Below are positions 38,274-51,760 of a DNA stretch of 64,000 bases, piece by piece. The notes below the pieces were generated by a model. The model was not told the DNA's origin, did no database searches, and saw only the letters and a program-made list of their open reading frames with translations. The DNA comes from Octopus vulgaris (taxonomy: Eukaryota). The first letter of the stretch is position 1, and every line of letters begins with the position of its first letter. Made by a program: the position numbers and the translations under genes. The stretch lies in contig OX597821.1 of assembly GCA_951406725.2 (NCBI GenBank), positions 32,488,001 through 32,552,000 on the forward strand. The letters run 5' to 3'.

Positions 38274-38452
38274 AATTGATTGATTGATTGATTGGCCAAG
38301 CTTCTTCTTATCACACATTTAGCGTATGTGTGTGCACGTTCAGATTTCGGTATGCAAAGGAAATGGGAAAGGCCAACGTTTCAGAATATTATAATAATCT
38401 GATGTTCGAAGGTGTATGTGAGTACCACCACTAGATTGTAGTCGATTGCATC

Positions 38453-38524
<72 letters not shown>

Positions 38525-38916
38525 ATGTATGTATATGAAGGACGTCCATGTCTCCAAATCCCCCATTGTGGGAGGTTTTGTTTTGTACACCTCGTCTTTT
38601 GTCTAATACCACAGGTAAATATCACATGGAGTGAAATTTGTTCTTAGTGAAAATTCACTAATAAAGAACATGTATCATTTGATTCAATATATTTGTTAAA
38701 GGAATATGGATTTTAATATCAATTTTTAATGCCTACTTAATTTTCACCCACACTATATATACATACGTACGTACATACATACATACATACATACATACAT
38801 ACATACATACATACATACATACATACATGCATATATACATGCATACATACATACATACATACATACATACATACATACATACATACATACATACATACAT
38901 ACATGCATACATACAT

Positions 38917-39467
38917 GGTGGCTGCCCCCTCGTTATCGAGTATGGCCATTGCACGAAGCTTAATCAATGTTGTTATCGTGGAATGCCTGTGCAAGAAGAT
39001 TGTTTTAAAGTGAGGAAAGGCTGTGCACTGAGTCAATCCCACTCACTAAGCAACAGCAGCCATAATCCGAAAAGAAGAACAAGTCTACATCATTGGTACC
39101 CACTGAGCGGCAGGTTTTATGTCGGAGTTATCCCAGTTACCTGAGTTACCTTCTCCTAGCAGGATGCCCTAACATTGGCTAGGAGTCCTTCACTCCCAAT
39201 GGTTTAACCGCGCGAACGGGTATTCAGTCTGATTATATCTATGTCCCCGCGCATCATACAGCCTTAAGATATTTATTGGATGGCCGTTGACTCTCAAGAG
39301 TTCCTCCGCCCTTTAACGGGTTTTGTTTTTCATCCTGCAGGGTGTCCAATAAACACCCTCCTCACCAAGCAAGCTTGGTAGGGTTGCCGGTTTAGTCGCC
39401 GACGACCCGACCATGCAACAGGTTGTACTGGGTTACATGTTACCAGTAGCACTTGAAAGTGACCTGA
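38917..39467 (-). mobile_element. Non-coding RTE-related element (probable internally deleted derivative) inside (CATA)n
   Basis: GC-richer, structured 550-bp insert flanked on both sides by (CATA)n. The ccttctcctag motif resembles RTE 5' UTRs from recall. No ORF. Confidence 0.4.
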
Positions 39468-39822
39468 CATACATACATACATACATACATACATACATAC
39501 ATACATACATACATACATACATACATACATACATACATACATACGTACGTACGTACGTACGTACGTATGTATGTATTCATGTTCACTGGAATATGTTTTC
39601 GAATCACTTATGAAGAACTTAACAAATTCGATATATAAAATAATACACTCTGCCCTCAAAATCACTGAATACCATGTCATTTGTGGACCCCGTTATTCGA
39701 TGACTAATGATATATCTATTTTTACATAAATGTGCGTGTGTGGTTGTGCTTATGTGTCTGCTTTTGTGTATAATATATATGTGTATGTCCATGTGCATGT
39801 GTGTGCTTGTGTGTGTGTGTGT

Positions 39823-39896
<74 letters not shown>

Positions 39897-40132
39897 GTTT
39901 GTATTATATGTGTTTGTAAATCCTCTTTCAAAGTAGAAGAAACACTGTTTTAAGTTAGGTATTCGACAACATATCGTAAAGTCTACATATTAGCTTATTG
40001 AGGTGATGGTACGTACACAAAGGTAACATGATAACCACTGAAAGAATATCTTCATCCACAAAAGTATGCTAAACCATTGAAGACACTTCGACCTGCAATA
40101 TCTGAAGCAAAAGACGAACTCTTTTCTGAAGT

Positions 40133-40500
40133 CTTTGCTTACGAACCACATGGTTCTGGGTTCAGTCCCACTGCGTGGCACTTTGGGCAAGTGTCTTCTA
40201 CTATAGCCTCGGGCCGACCAAAGCCTTGTGAGCTGATTTAGTAGATGGAAACTGAAAGAAGTCCGTCGTATATATGTATATATATGTATGTGTGTGTATA
40301 TGTTTGTGTGTCTGTGTTTGTCTCCCCAACATCGCTTGACAACCGATGCTGGTGTGTTTACGTCCCCGTAACTTAGCGGATCGGCAAAAGAGACCGATAG
40401 ATTAAGTACTAGGCTAACGAAGAATAAGTCCTGGGGTCGATTTGCTCGGCTAAAGGCGGTGCTCCAGCATGGCCACAGTTAAATGACTGAAACAAGTAAT
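40133..40500 (+). mobile_element. SINE family A, 5'-clipped
   Basis: Colinear with 62892-63309. Confidence 0.88.
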
Positions 40501-40973
40501 AAAAAAAAAAGATACCATCACATCAATAAAAGGGCGCGCGCACACACACACACACACACGGTTAGTTATTCGTCGGTTTCGAGAATTGGATTCTATTCGA
40601 TCAACTGAAATACAGTTCAAGCAACTGAGTATTTCACAGACGTAGACAATCTTAATGTAATTCTCAGAAAGGATCAGCGTGCAAGAGTATGTAACGAATC
40701 ATTCCTTTCAATCAGAGTTGTGTAATCCATCCAACGTCCTACGAAGTTCCCATCTCTGTCTAATTTCTTTCAAAATCAATGGGTTGCTTCGAAGCGAAAG
40801 GAAATGATATTTGCACGAGATGACATGAATCCGACACGTCGTGACTGTGGAGCGAGGATCTTATGAAAATCAGATATGCTGCATACAGACATATGCAGAC
40901 ACACACAAACACTCGCACATATCCACAGAGACAGAGACATACACACACACACGTACATATAGAATCAGATAGG

Positions 40974-41043
<70 letters not shown>

Positions 41044-41532
41044 TATAGATAGATAAATAGATACATTCATACATATATGCATACATACATACATACATAC
41101 ATACATACATACATACATACATACATACATACATACATACGTACGTACATACATACATACATACATACATACATACCTACATACCTACATACATACATAC
41201 ATACATACATACATACATACAAAATTTAATTGGCAGAGAAACGTACATATATATGTATTTATACATACATGTGTACGTGCAGACGTACCATACGATGTTT
41301 CTGAAAATGCGTGAGATAAATTTATTGCATTTTTTCAATCAATCTCGTTGGAACAGATGTGAATATATCTTTTCATTCACTTCGTACGAAGAAAACAATA
41401 TTTATACGTATACATATGTGCATGTGTGTGTACGTGTGTGTGTATGTGTGTGTATGTGGCTACATACGTTTTTATACATACTATAGATATAAATACATAC
41501 TATACATACTATATATATATATATATACATAC

Positions 41533-41600
<68 letters not shown>

Positions 41601-41827
41601 TAGAGAGAGAGAGAGCAAGTGAGAGAGAAAGAAAGAGAGAGACAGAAAGAGAGAAGGGGAAAGAGAGATAGAATTGATAATTTCGTTACAAACCTATGTG
41701 ATATACTTAAGAAATTAACACTCATTTTAAAACGACATTTCTATTTTGTAAACAAATTCTTATTATTTAGAATCGGTTTGCATCTGTATCCTCTGCGAGA
41801 CAAAGAAAGGAATGAAAATAGAAAAAA

Positions 41828-41862
<35 letters not shown>

Positions 41863-42460
41863 GAAGAAAGAAAGGAAAGAAACAAAGAAATGGATGCAAC
41901 TTGAAAAGGGAAAAATCGAGAAACATTGGCAGAGAGAAGGGAATTTAATCATATTACCAAAGAGAAAAAAGTATGAAACAAAAAACATTTCTACTTCGTG
42001 TACACACACACACACATAAATATATACATACACATACATACACGTATGTATACATATATATATATACATACATATACACACAAATATATACATACATATA
42101 TATATATATGTGTATATATATATTTATATACATATGTACATATATATATATATATGTGTGCAGACACACGCGCACGCACTCACACACACAGTCACTCACA
42201 CTGACACACACAAACACACACACGTATATGTATAATTGTCAACCATTGTGTGAATAATGAGTAAATATCAAAGAAATGTAACTTCTTTTATAAGCGTATA
42301 TCTGGAAGGATGATTTTTTTCTGTATGAATGTATATACATGTATATATTATATATGTGTGTGTGTGTGAGTACGTGTATGTCTGTTTTTGTATGTATATG
42401 CACATAGATAAATATATATATATATATATATATACATAGATATTTTTATATGTATGTATA

Positions 42461-42551
<91 letters not shown>

Positions 42552-43091
42552 GTATCTATGTGTGCATGTGTGCGTGTGCGAGGGTGCGTGTGCGCGTATG
42601 TGTGGGTCTAAGTGTGCGCGTGGGGGGGTCATATTTCAATGCACGTAATCGTGTTTGTACTTGAACAAGATCATGGATGTATATGTACATTTTCATGCGT
42701 GTGACATAGGCTTCAGGTAGGTGGAGTTGTACTAAATGACGTACGCAGAAAAAAAAATTACCTAAATTAATTGAAATTTAGCATGGTGAGATAATGAGAT
42801 TTAAAAAATTACCTAAAATATCACACAAAATATCATAGGTCAACTTAACAGTAAATATCCTCCAACAAAATATGACGCATACACTGTTTTTCAACCAATT
42901 ATATATAATGATATAATCAATTTATTTCTTGAGTTAAAAGATGATTTTAAATATAGCTACCGTAATGCTTGTGTTTCGATTTGCTTTTTTCCATATTTTG
43001 ACTTTTGCTTCGACGTTGTTGTTCCCGCAAAAACTCTGGATCAGCCCTAGGCCAGCAGACGTCTGATCAATAGAATTACAGATATGGTTAT

Positions 43092-43153
<62 letters not shown>

Positions 43154-43163
43154 ACATATATGT

Positions 43164-43204
<41 letters not shown>

Positions 43205-43206
<2 letters not shown>

Positions 43207-43285
43207 ATCTTCTTTCCTTTCCTGGGCGTCTAATAACACTATACTTGTTCCACGTCCTCACGTTGTGTTTTCTGTTTTTGTTCAC

Positions 43286-43288
<3 letters not shown>
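43205..43288 (+). mobile_element. Penelope-like fragment (3' part of the 20497 family)
   Basis: ttcctgggcgtctaataacactatacttgttccacgtcctc matches 20619-20658; ends in (TA)n. Confidence 0.65.
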
Positions 43289-43316
<28 letters not shown>

Positions 43317-43574
43317 ACGGGAAAGTTTACGAAAATAAACAAAAGATGAAGGCAGGTAGAGTACAAACAAACAAATGTATTAGTATAGCGCTAAGGAATA
43401 GAAATAGAAAAGTCTTTTACGTTTCGAGCTTACGCTATTCGACAGAAAGATACACAGAAAAAAACAAGGAGAAAAACAAGGAGATAAAAAAGGAGAGAAA
43501 ATAACAAGGAAAGAAAAAAACAAGGAGAGAAAAAAGGAGAGAAAAAATGCGTGTAGGAGATCAAGGCGATCTAT

Positions 43575-43578
<4 letters not shown>
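43317..43578 (-). mobile_element. Penelope-like fragment with variant minimal hammerhead at 43413-43450
   Basis: Minus strand TCTTT-CTGTCGAA-TAGC gtaa GCTC-GAAA-CG-TA-AAAGA. Homologous to 62685-62862 and 47049-47186. Confidence 0.7.
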
Positions 43579-43624
<46 letters not shown>

Positions 43625-45096
43625 CTGTTGCGGCCAACATGTTCAGAACGGCATTGTTTTCGTCAGAAAAGTAGATATAATTTTTTATCAAAGTTGTTTT
43701 GTATTCTATAATTTTTACAGACAATAAATACGATATTATTTGTTATTGCCTGAGATTTTAGTGTAATTTGAGAGGATAATACAAAAGTTATGGATGATTT
43801 AATGATTTACTGCAAAACCCATGGCGGCCAAAAGGATCAGAACGGTTGCTTTTACTCCGTATTTTAGTATATTTAACCGGTGAACTCTAATCTTTTGAAT
43901 TTGTTTACGTGACGGTTCGTTTACTAAACATTAGTAAGAATATTTGCAGTGTAATTTGTTAATATAATGCCACTTACTCCGTTACCAATTCGTCAGCAGA
44001 TTATTAAGCTTCGAAGGAAGGATAATTTAAGTATTGGATCTATTGCAAAGATTGTTAACAAGTCAAAAAATGTTGTACATGGTATTCTTAGGGTCTACGA
44101 TGATTGTGGTTCGTGTGAAGCAAGAAGGTTTACAGGTAGGCCAAGAAAAACGACCAAGAGTGAAGATCGTGCTATGGTAAACTTGGTTAAAAAGGACAGA
44201 TTTAAAACTGCTGCTGCTGTTTCTCGGAAAATGAGCATTGTATTGAAGAAAATTTTATCTCGAGAAACTGTGTCTCGTCGTTTAGTTGAACATGACCTAC
44301 AAGCAAGAGCACCTGCAGTGAAGCCACTGATCAGCTCCAAGAATAAAAAGTGTCGTCTTACCTTTGCATCCGAACATGTGTTGTGGTCTCAAGAAAAATG
44401 GTAAATGGTGCATTTCAGTGATTAATCTAAGTTTATGTTATTTGGCTCAGATGGGAAAAGGTACGTTCGTAGAAAAGTAGGTGAAAATTTGTTGCCTAAA
44501 TGCCTTAAGACTAGTATTAAACTCGGTGGAGGAAGTGTCATGGTTTGGGGAATGATATCTGGAGATGGTGTGGGCCCTTTGGTGCGATTACATGGAAAGG
44601 TAAATGCAGGAGTTTATAAACAACTTGTAAAAGATCATGTCTTGCCTGTGCTGAGAAATTCAACTAAGCAACCACCCATATTCCTGCAGGACAATGCCCA
44701 ATGTCACAAGGCTAAGGTGGTCATGAACTTCCTCAAGGCTGAAAAGGTTATTGTTATGGATTGGCCTGCTCAAAGCCCAGATCTCAATCCTATTGAAAAT
44801 GTGTAGAATATTCTAGGAGAACGTTCGAAAGCCAGAAATCCTAAAACAACCGAGCAATTATGGAATGACCTTCAGGAAGAATGGAATAAGATCACCTAGC
44901 AAGAAATTGAAAATTTAATTACCTCATGCAGTCGAAGATGTCAGAGTGTGATTGAAGCTAAAGGGCTTCATGCTAAATATTAAATAATTCCAGTATTCTC
45001 TGTCATTTTTTGCAGTAAATCACATGGGTTTTGCAGTAAATCACTAAATCATCCCTAACTTTTATATTATCCTCTCAAAATACACCAAAATCTCAC
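43625..45096 (+). mobile_element. Tc1-family (DD34E) DNA transposon with long IR/DR-type ends; right end truncated
   Basis: Starts after TA with ctgttgcggccaacatgttcagaacgg; inner direct repeat gcggccaaaaggatcagaacgg (~43823). 43751-43822 is inverted at ~45024-45095. Confidence 0.88.
43967..44983 (+). pseudogene. Tc1 transposase with in-frame stops
   Basis: HTH and GRPRKT; HFSD*SKF; GGGSVMVWG; LQDNAQCH; WPAQSPDLNPIENV*; SCSRRCQSVIEAKGLHAKY*. At least four premature stops. Confidence 0.92.
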
Positions 45097-45390
45097 ACAA
45101 GGACTTTTGAGAAATAAGTGTTACACGTAGAACTACATACATATTCGACCTCCTGTTCGGTGTGTGGTTCTGCAAATTATATTTGTATGGACGATCATAC
45201 TGAAGATCTACAGATAAATTGCGTTTAGCAAAATTTCGTAATTTGTTAATAGTGAAACATTGTTTATGATTAATCTATATTTTTGTTACTATTCATTGTC
45301 TTGCTCGCTTACGTTTCTGGTGTTTGCTAAATTTGCTAGAGAACAATTCTTAGTGATAAGACATAGTGGATCTACTTCTACCATTGGGAC

Positions 45391-45481
45391 AGAAGAAGAA
45401 GAAGAAGAAGAAGAAGTAGAAGAAGAAGAAGAAGAAGAAGAAGAAGAAGAAGAAGAAGAAGAAGAAGAAGAAGAAGAAGAA
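45391..45481. repeat. (GAA)n microsatellite
   Basis: Direct inspection. Confidence 0.95.
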
Positions 45482-45710
45482 CATGCGGGAGTGGTATGAC
45501 ATTAGCAGGATGTTGGTAGAATCCTCTTAAATGATCAAGGAATATATCGTCTTTTATATTTGCGTGGGTATTATTCTAAGGCCCTTGTAATAGCGTCATT
45601 TGTGGTGGATGCATTCAAAAGGGGTTTATATTTTGTAATAAATAATGACTCTTACGCATATGTATTTGTATAAATATACTTGTGTATGTGTCCATGGAAA
45701 AGTATGTATG

Positions 45711-45787
<77 letters not shown>

Positions 45788-45803
45788 GCACACACATACA
45801 CAT

Positions 45804-46082
45804 CAGGGCCGTGGCAAGAATTATTTGTAATTTTCTTTATATTTATATATACAAGTTTGGCCATAAGTCACCCGACAGTAAATTGAAATTCCATAAATGC
45901 TATCTTGTAATTCTGTATTAACTCGAATGGAAAAATATGTCGCGCAAGAACATTAGTTTGAACAATTTTCATGATGTTTCATGGTTAGATGCTTTTATTA
46001 AATTCATTCAGTTGTTAAACATAAATAAATCTTGAAATTAAATGGTTTTGATTCACTGTCAGATAACTTTTGGACAACACTG
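45804..46082. mobile_element. Short decayed Tc1-like MITE
   Basis: Right end ataacttttggacaacactg|ta is Tc1-TIR-like; left cagggccgtggcaagaattat is a weak match. Confidence 0.4.
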
Positions 46083-46354
46083 TATGTATGCTAGTTATAC
46101 CAGTTTTTTTTTAATATTTAGTCAAAAAACAATCTATCTTATTTTAATTAATGCCATATGATAAAGTGGTTGTGTAGGTAACTGATTTTCTTCGTTGTTT
46201 AAGCGTAATTTCTGTGTATGGCACCTACATTGTATTTTTTTTGCACTTAATAAAAACTGCACATCAATTTATGTTATTAGTAGTCGATAGTTGGTAGATT
46301 TTTTTTATATTGTTAAATAGCGTCCTTCGAGTGTATATAAGCTGGCGAATTCTG

Positions 46355-46399
46355 ATAGTGCTGAAGAGCTAACATTGATTGAAACACCTGGTTTACTAT
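46355..46399 (+). ncRNA. Type I hammerhead motif with decayed stem II in a pLTR-like context
   Basis: ATAGTG-CTGAAGA-GCTAACATTGATT-GAAA-CACCTGG-TT-TACTAT, preceded by gtatataa and followed by aataaa, then (TA)n. Confidence 0.55.
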
Positions 46400-46450
46400 A
46401 TGTTCATATAAATAAATATATACATATACGCTGTTCAATAAAGGAACACA

Positions 46451-46486
<36 letters not shown>

Positions 46487-46490
<4 letters not shown>

Positions 46491-46963
46491 CATAAGAGGG
46501 ATCAGCCATCTGAATGTGGCTAGGGTCAGGGCGGGGTGGTGGAGGTGTTACTGATGCATTTAGCCCCAGGCGAACACCGACGTCACCAGAAGAGCTGACA
46601 CCATCTCGGTGTCCTTGCCAGCCAGCAAAGGGAGATCAGCCTCCCCGAAGATACGGATACTACACACGGACCGGTTTCGAGGTTATTGCCTCTTGTCAAC
46701 GTATGGTAAGCACCGCTCTTCGTTGAGGGACTTCCTCTGCAGGCTGGATATATATAGATTTTCACAGTAACCACAGTCACTGGCGTAGAAAATCTGTTCG
46801 AAAACAATAATAAATCTCTGGGCGAGATATAAACAGTAACTGCTCTATAACATAAGAGGGATCAGCCATCTGAATGTGGTTAGGGTCAGGGCGGGGTGGT
46901 GGTTGTGTTACTGATGCATTTAGCCCCAGGCGAACATCGACGTCACCAGAAGAGCTGACACCA

Positions 46964-46967
<4 letters not shown>
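46487..46967 (-). mobile_element. 360-bp tandem element (1.3 units) between (TA)n tracts; retrozyme-like
   Basis: cataagagggatcagccatctgaatgtgg... occurs at 46491 and again at 46851; carries a hammerhead motif. Confidence 0.8.
46663..46705 (-). ncRNA. Type I hammerhead ribozyme, U3-A8 core variant
   Basis: Minus strand CATACG-TTGACAA-GAGG caataa CCTC-GAAA-CCGG-TC^CGTGTG; all stems pair. Confidence 0.8.
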
Positions 46968-47020
<53 letters not shown>

Positions 47021-47048
47021 TATATATATATATACATACATATATATT

Positions 47049-47185
47049 CTGTGTTTCTTTCTGTTGAAGAGCACAGGCTCGAAACGTAAAAGACTTTCTC
47101 ACTTCCCGAGCGTTAAACTAATATTCATGTTTGCTGTTTACACACTCGTCTTCGTCTTTTTTGTTTGTTTGTAAATTCCTGCTAC

Positions 47186-47186
<1 letters not shown>
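47049..47186 (+). mobile_element. Penelope-like fragment with variant minimal hammerhead at 47056-47093
   Basis: TCTTT-CTGTTGAA-GAGC acag GCTC-GAAA-CG-TA-AAAGA. Confidence 0.7.
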
Positions 47187-47223
<37 letters not shown>

Positions 47224-47244
47224 GCGCTCACACATATATAGATA

Positions 47245-47475
47245 CATATAAATCCAAAAAAAGAACAACAAACACAAAAAGCAACAACACAAAGACGAGG
47301 TACACATAAGCTATTAGCAGACGCTCTGAGAAGGAAAGAAAGATGGTTTAACGTTTCGAGCAACTCCCTTCTTCAGAAACAGAGTAAAGTGCAATAGAAA
47401 GAGAGACGGAGGAAGAAAATCGCCAACGATTTACATATGGTTGCATTTTGAAATGACCGGAAGGGAATAGGTGAA
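47245..47475 (-). mobile_element. Penelope-like fragment with minimal hammerhead at 47346-47380
   Basis: Minus strand GTTT-CTGAAGA-AGGGAG ttg CTC-GAAA-CG-TT-AAAC. Homologous to 20497-20702. Confidence 0.68.
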
Positions 47476-47943
47476 GAAAAATTTATTTCTAAGACACGAG
47501 AGAGTAAGAGATGGAGGTATGTGTGGGTATGTCCGTGCGCGCTTGTCTGTGTGTGTGTGTGTATGTGTGTGTGTGTGCATGTGCGTGTATGTTCCACCGT
47601 TTCATACCAAGGAAAATTTTCAAATATGAATTAGGAGCTGTTTATTGGATATAAGCAATATCAAGCACATATGGTATGTGTTTTGATAGTTCGTGTGCAG
47701 GCTGCAGTTTCAGGCGTAAGAAAATATATTTTCACCAATGCACCCGGTGATAAACCACCAAGAAGTTATAGACAAGCTGCATCTAATTCATATTTGACTA
47801 GCAGCATCTCTATGATTCCAGGTGGTTTACCGCCAGGCGCATTGATGAGAATATATTCCCTTATTCTTTAAAGCGTAGCCTACTTACGAACCAGTAGAGC
47901 ACATGTCTTGTGTATGTGTGTTCAATATTATTGATAGACAAAC

Positions 47944-48081
<138 letters not shown>

Positions 48082-48139
48082 AATCATCTAAGAATCTGTC
48101 ATCGCTAAAGAGCACGTAGAATTGCTGAATTTGCTGTGT

Positions 48140-48483
48140 ATATTGGGGCCCCCTTCGGTCACGACACTGACCATGGGCTTGCACCTAGAAAGTTACCCTC
48201 CTAGTCACAAGTCTGGGCAAGGTGGTTTATGGAAGACTAGCAGTCTCCCATGCATACCGGCCTCCCCTCTCCACGCCACCAGTGTTATCCAAGGGAAAGG
48301 CAACAGCCGATACAGCTTGGCACCCGTGACGTCGCAACTCATTTCTACAGCCGAGTTAACTGGAGCACCGTGAAATAAAGTGTCTTGCTCAAGAACACAA
48401 CACGTAGCCCGGTCCGGGATTCGAGATCACAACCTCACTATCGTATGCTCGACGCTCTTAACCACTGAGCCATGCGCCTTCAC
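48140..48483 (-). mobile_element. tRNA-derived SINE family C
   Basis: Minus strand gtgaaggcgcaTGGCTCAGTGGttaagagcg...gatctcgaatccc (A and B boxes), then the gttcttgagcaagacactt core. Confidence 0.82.
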
Positions 48484-48542
48484 ACACACATCACACACAC
48501 ACACACACATACATATATATATTATATTATATTATATATATA

Positions 48543-48594
<52 letters not shown>

Positions 48595-49180
48595 CACACG
48601 CACGCACACATATATTAATATGTGTGTGTGCGTGTATGTGTGGTATGTGTCTATTTGTAACCCCTCTGCCGTTTACATTATTGCATTCTATCTTTAGATA
48701 TTCACTAAAATATTTTGTTTCTAAATTATGCGTTGGGATAATATAAAGTAAAATTTTGTTCATTCTCATTATTCATTCTCATTTCTCCTCTTCCGATATA
48801 CAGATAGGTAGAAATGCATATCCAGGATGCATGCTTTTTAACCTGTTTTCTTAGGTAGTACGTATTACAATGTTCTCTCGATCAATTTCCTTATGTAAAT
48901 GTAATTATGTAAATTTAATTGAAAATTTCCACACATAATTTTAAACAAAAATTACACCGGAGACCTCAGTAAAGTTCGGGATACTTTTTTTAGTATCCAG
49001 ATAGTGTGTTCAAGATAGTGTGTTCAATTAAAAAAAAAAAAACTATAGCCATTTTGTACACGAATACAGATGCACAAACATACCAATCTACGCCCATAGA
49101 CGAAAACAATCACACACACGTACATGCACATGCGTGCTCACAAATAATCCACATTCACAATCACACATAGATAGATAGAT

Positions 49181-49249
<69 letters not shown>

Positions 49250-49510
49250 GTTATGGGGATAATAGTAACAACGGTACAGTCCTCCTACGTGACGAGTGAT
49301 ATATGCTAGTCACTATAAATAAGGTGACGTCGGTCAATATATATATAGAGAGAGTACGAAGCAGACATTTTAGACAGTCGTGTCTTTACTACTCTAATAA
49401 ATATAGTGCTATACCAGTGTGGCTTTATAACAATCCGACATTTAAGGATTACAACAACGATGATGGTGGCTACAACAATGTCAAGGAGGAATTAGTAGAT
49501 AGATAGATAT

Positions 49511-49607
<97 letters not shown>

Positions 49608-49980
49608 ATGAAGTGTTGCAGTTATATACCACACGATGAAACCTTGCGCGGATGTTTTGTCTTCACACAAACACCAAGCTATACTCAGTGAATGAATTAT
49701 GTTATGTCCATGTCATTATTTAAGCTTGAATTAGAAGCAGCTTGAGGCATATAAACAAAATCGAACAGACATACACAAGGTGTGTGTGCGTGTGCGTGTG
49801 TGTGTGTTCTTAGTTCGCAGTCTACCCACGAACTAACACTTTTGCATTATTTAAGAGGTAGAGACCAAATCTAAATACACATATCAGAACAGAACACCAA
49901 CCTGAAAGGTTATATCAGATTAACCGTATGGCGCTTTCAGCAAACTTTTTCTGTTTCGTGCCAACTCATTCTAAAGCAAA

Positions 49981-50386
49981 ACCAGAAAAGCACTCGGAGA
50001 GCGCAGACCTCTGCCAAGCAGCTCATTTTAAGATAGATCCGCGAGTAAAATTACTAATAGAGAAACGAAAATAAACTTTGTAAACAGCAACGCCATCATA
50101 GGTTACGTGCAAACAATAAACGTGTTTTCAAGGGAGATAATCAAAGAGCGTAACATTGTAATACTTCATGTAAAGTAAATATGACAAATTAAAAATTCTT
50201 AAAGAATCCATAAAAATTCCTGGATCACTACCAAAATTTCATCATCTGTTTTTCGTGTCATTACCAATTTGTCCTGTAAGTTTCATCAAATACCGTTCAT
50301 AAAAGTTTGAGTTATTTTGCATACAGACGGATAGACGGACACACCAACGCCGATGAAAACATAACCTCCTTCCTTGGCGGAGGTAA
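49981..50386 (-). mobile_element. Non-autonomous Helentron-type element (HINE/DINE-like)
   Basis: Minus strand ttACCTCCGCCAAGgaaGGAGGTtatgttttc, then a (GTCY)-like microsatellite, the 3' subTIR cttggcagaggt and terminal hairpin gcgctctccgagtgc. Confidence 0.8.
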
Positions 50387-51213
50387 CAAAGAGAACAAGA
50401 AAGCATTTAAGAGACGATGACATAGCATTTTCCATCGCCAGAAAATCTACACCAAATATGAATACAATTGAAAATGCAAACTACGTAATGTGCCGCCATG
50501 GAGAATTTTATGAAATAGAGTTGCATAATTCTGAGGAACTTGCGAAAACTCGATTTATACTTTGATTAGTAGTTAGATATCTTAAGCCCCTACATACACA
50601 GAAATCATGAGCCCCATAACCACTTAAAATTGAAGGGCTTATAGATTTTGCTATATCCAATACACAATAATGGATAATACGAAAGACATCGGTCTGCCCT
50701 ACATACTAAGATTTAGCATCCAAAAGAACCTTCTTCAAACGCCTTTTTGCCAACGAGAAATTACTTTAAAAGTCTGTTTCAATGGAAAATATGACGAAAG
50801 TATTTCCTACGAGCAGTAGTAGGGGCGCGCGTAAAAGAAAACCAATGAGAGGAATGCTTAACTAAATATTTTAATAGAAAACCTGAGCAAATGATATAAG
50901 ACATGCCATACAACTCCGCAGATTCTGTCAATGCACTTCATTCCGCACTATATTCAGCAAAAAGCGAATGCAGAGAATCAAGAATAGATAAGGTGACACG
51001 TATAGAACACTGCGCGTATGTGCGTGCGTGTTTTTGCATGTATCGAGTAAGCGTAAAGAAACAAGAAATAAGGATACAAAAGAGAATTGGAAACGAATTG
51101 TCACTGATAGGAAATTATGAAGAGATACATGAAGATACATATTAATAGAGCGTTAGCGAGTTAACTACCTACATATAATACATATGTATGTGTATGGAAT
51201 ATGTATGTATGCA

Positions 51214-51295
<82 letters not shown>

Positions 51296-51418
51296 AACTG
51301 TATGTATGTGTATATATATATATATAAAGATATGAGATCTTATATGTTATATGTATATACATACGTATATATATATAAATATATATAAATATATATACAT
51401 ATATATAAATATATATAC

Positions 51419-51455
<37 letters not shown>

Positions 51456-51457
51456 CA

Positions 51458-51511
<54 letters not shown>

Positions 51512-51704
51512 TAGATGAGTGTATTTTTACCTTGTTAACAATTAACACGGAAAAATAAATAAATAGTTACCAGGGCAGCATATGAATACATAGGATTATG
51601 TGTGTGTGTATATATGTTTATGTATGCATATTGTATAGATATGAATATAAATCTATCATTCAAACACACAGACACAAACACACACATATGTTTATATATG
51701 TTTG

Positions 51705-51760
<56 letters not shown>

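Noticed and set aside
48400-48483. tRNA gene
   Set aside because: The A/B boxes continue into a SINE body and there is no acceptor stem; the same applies to the SINE A and B heads.
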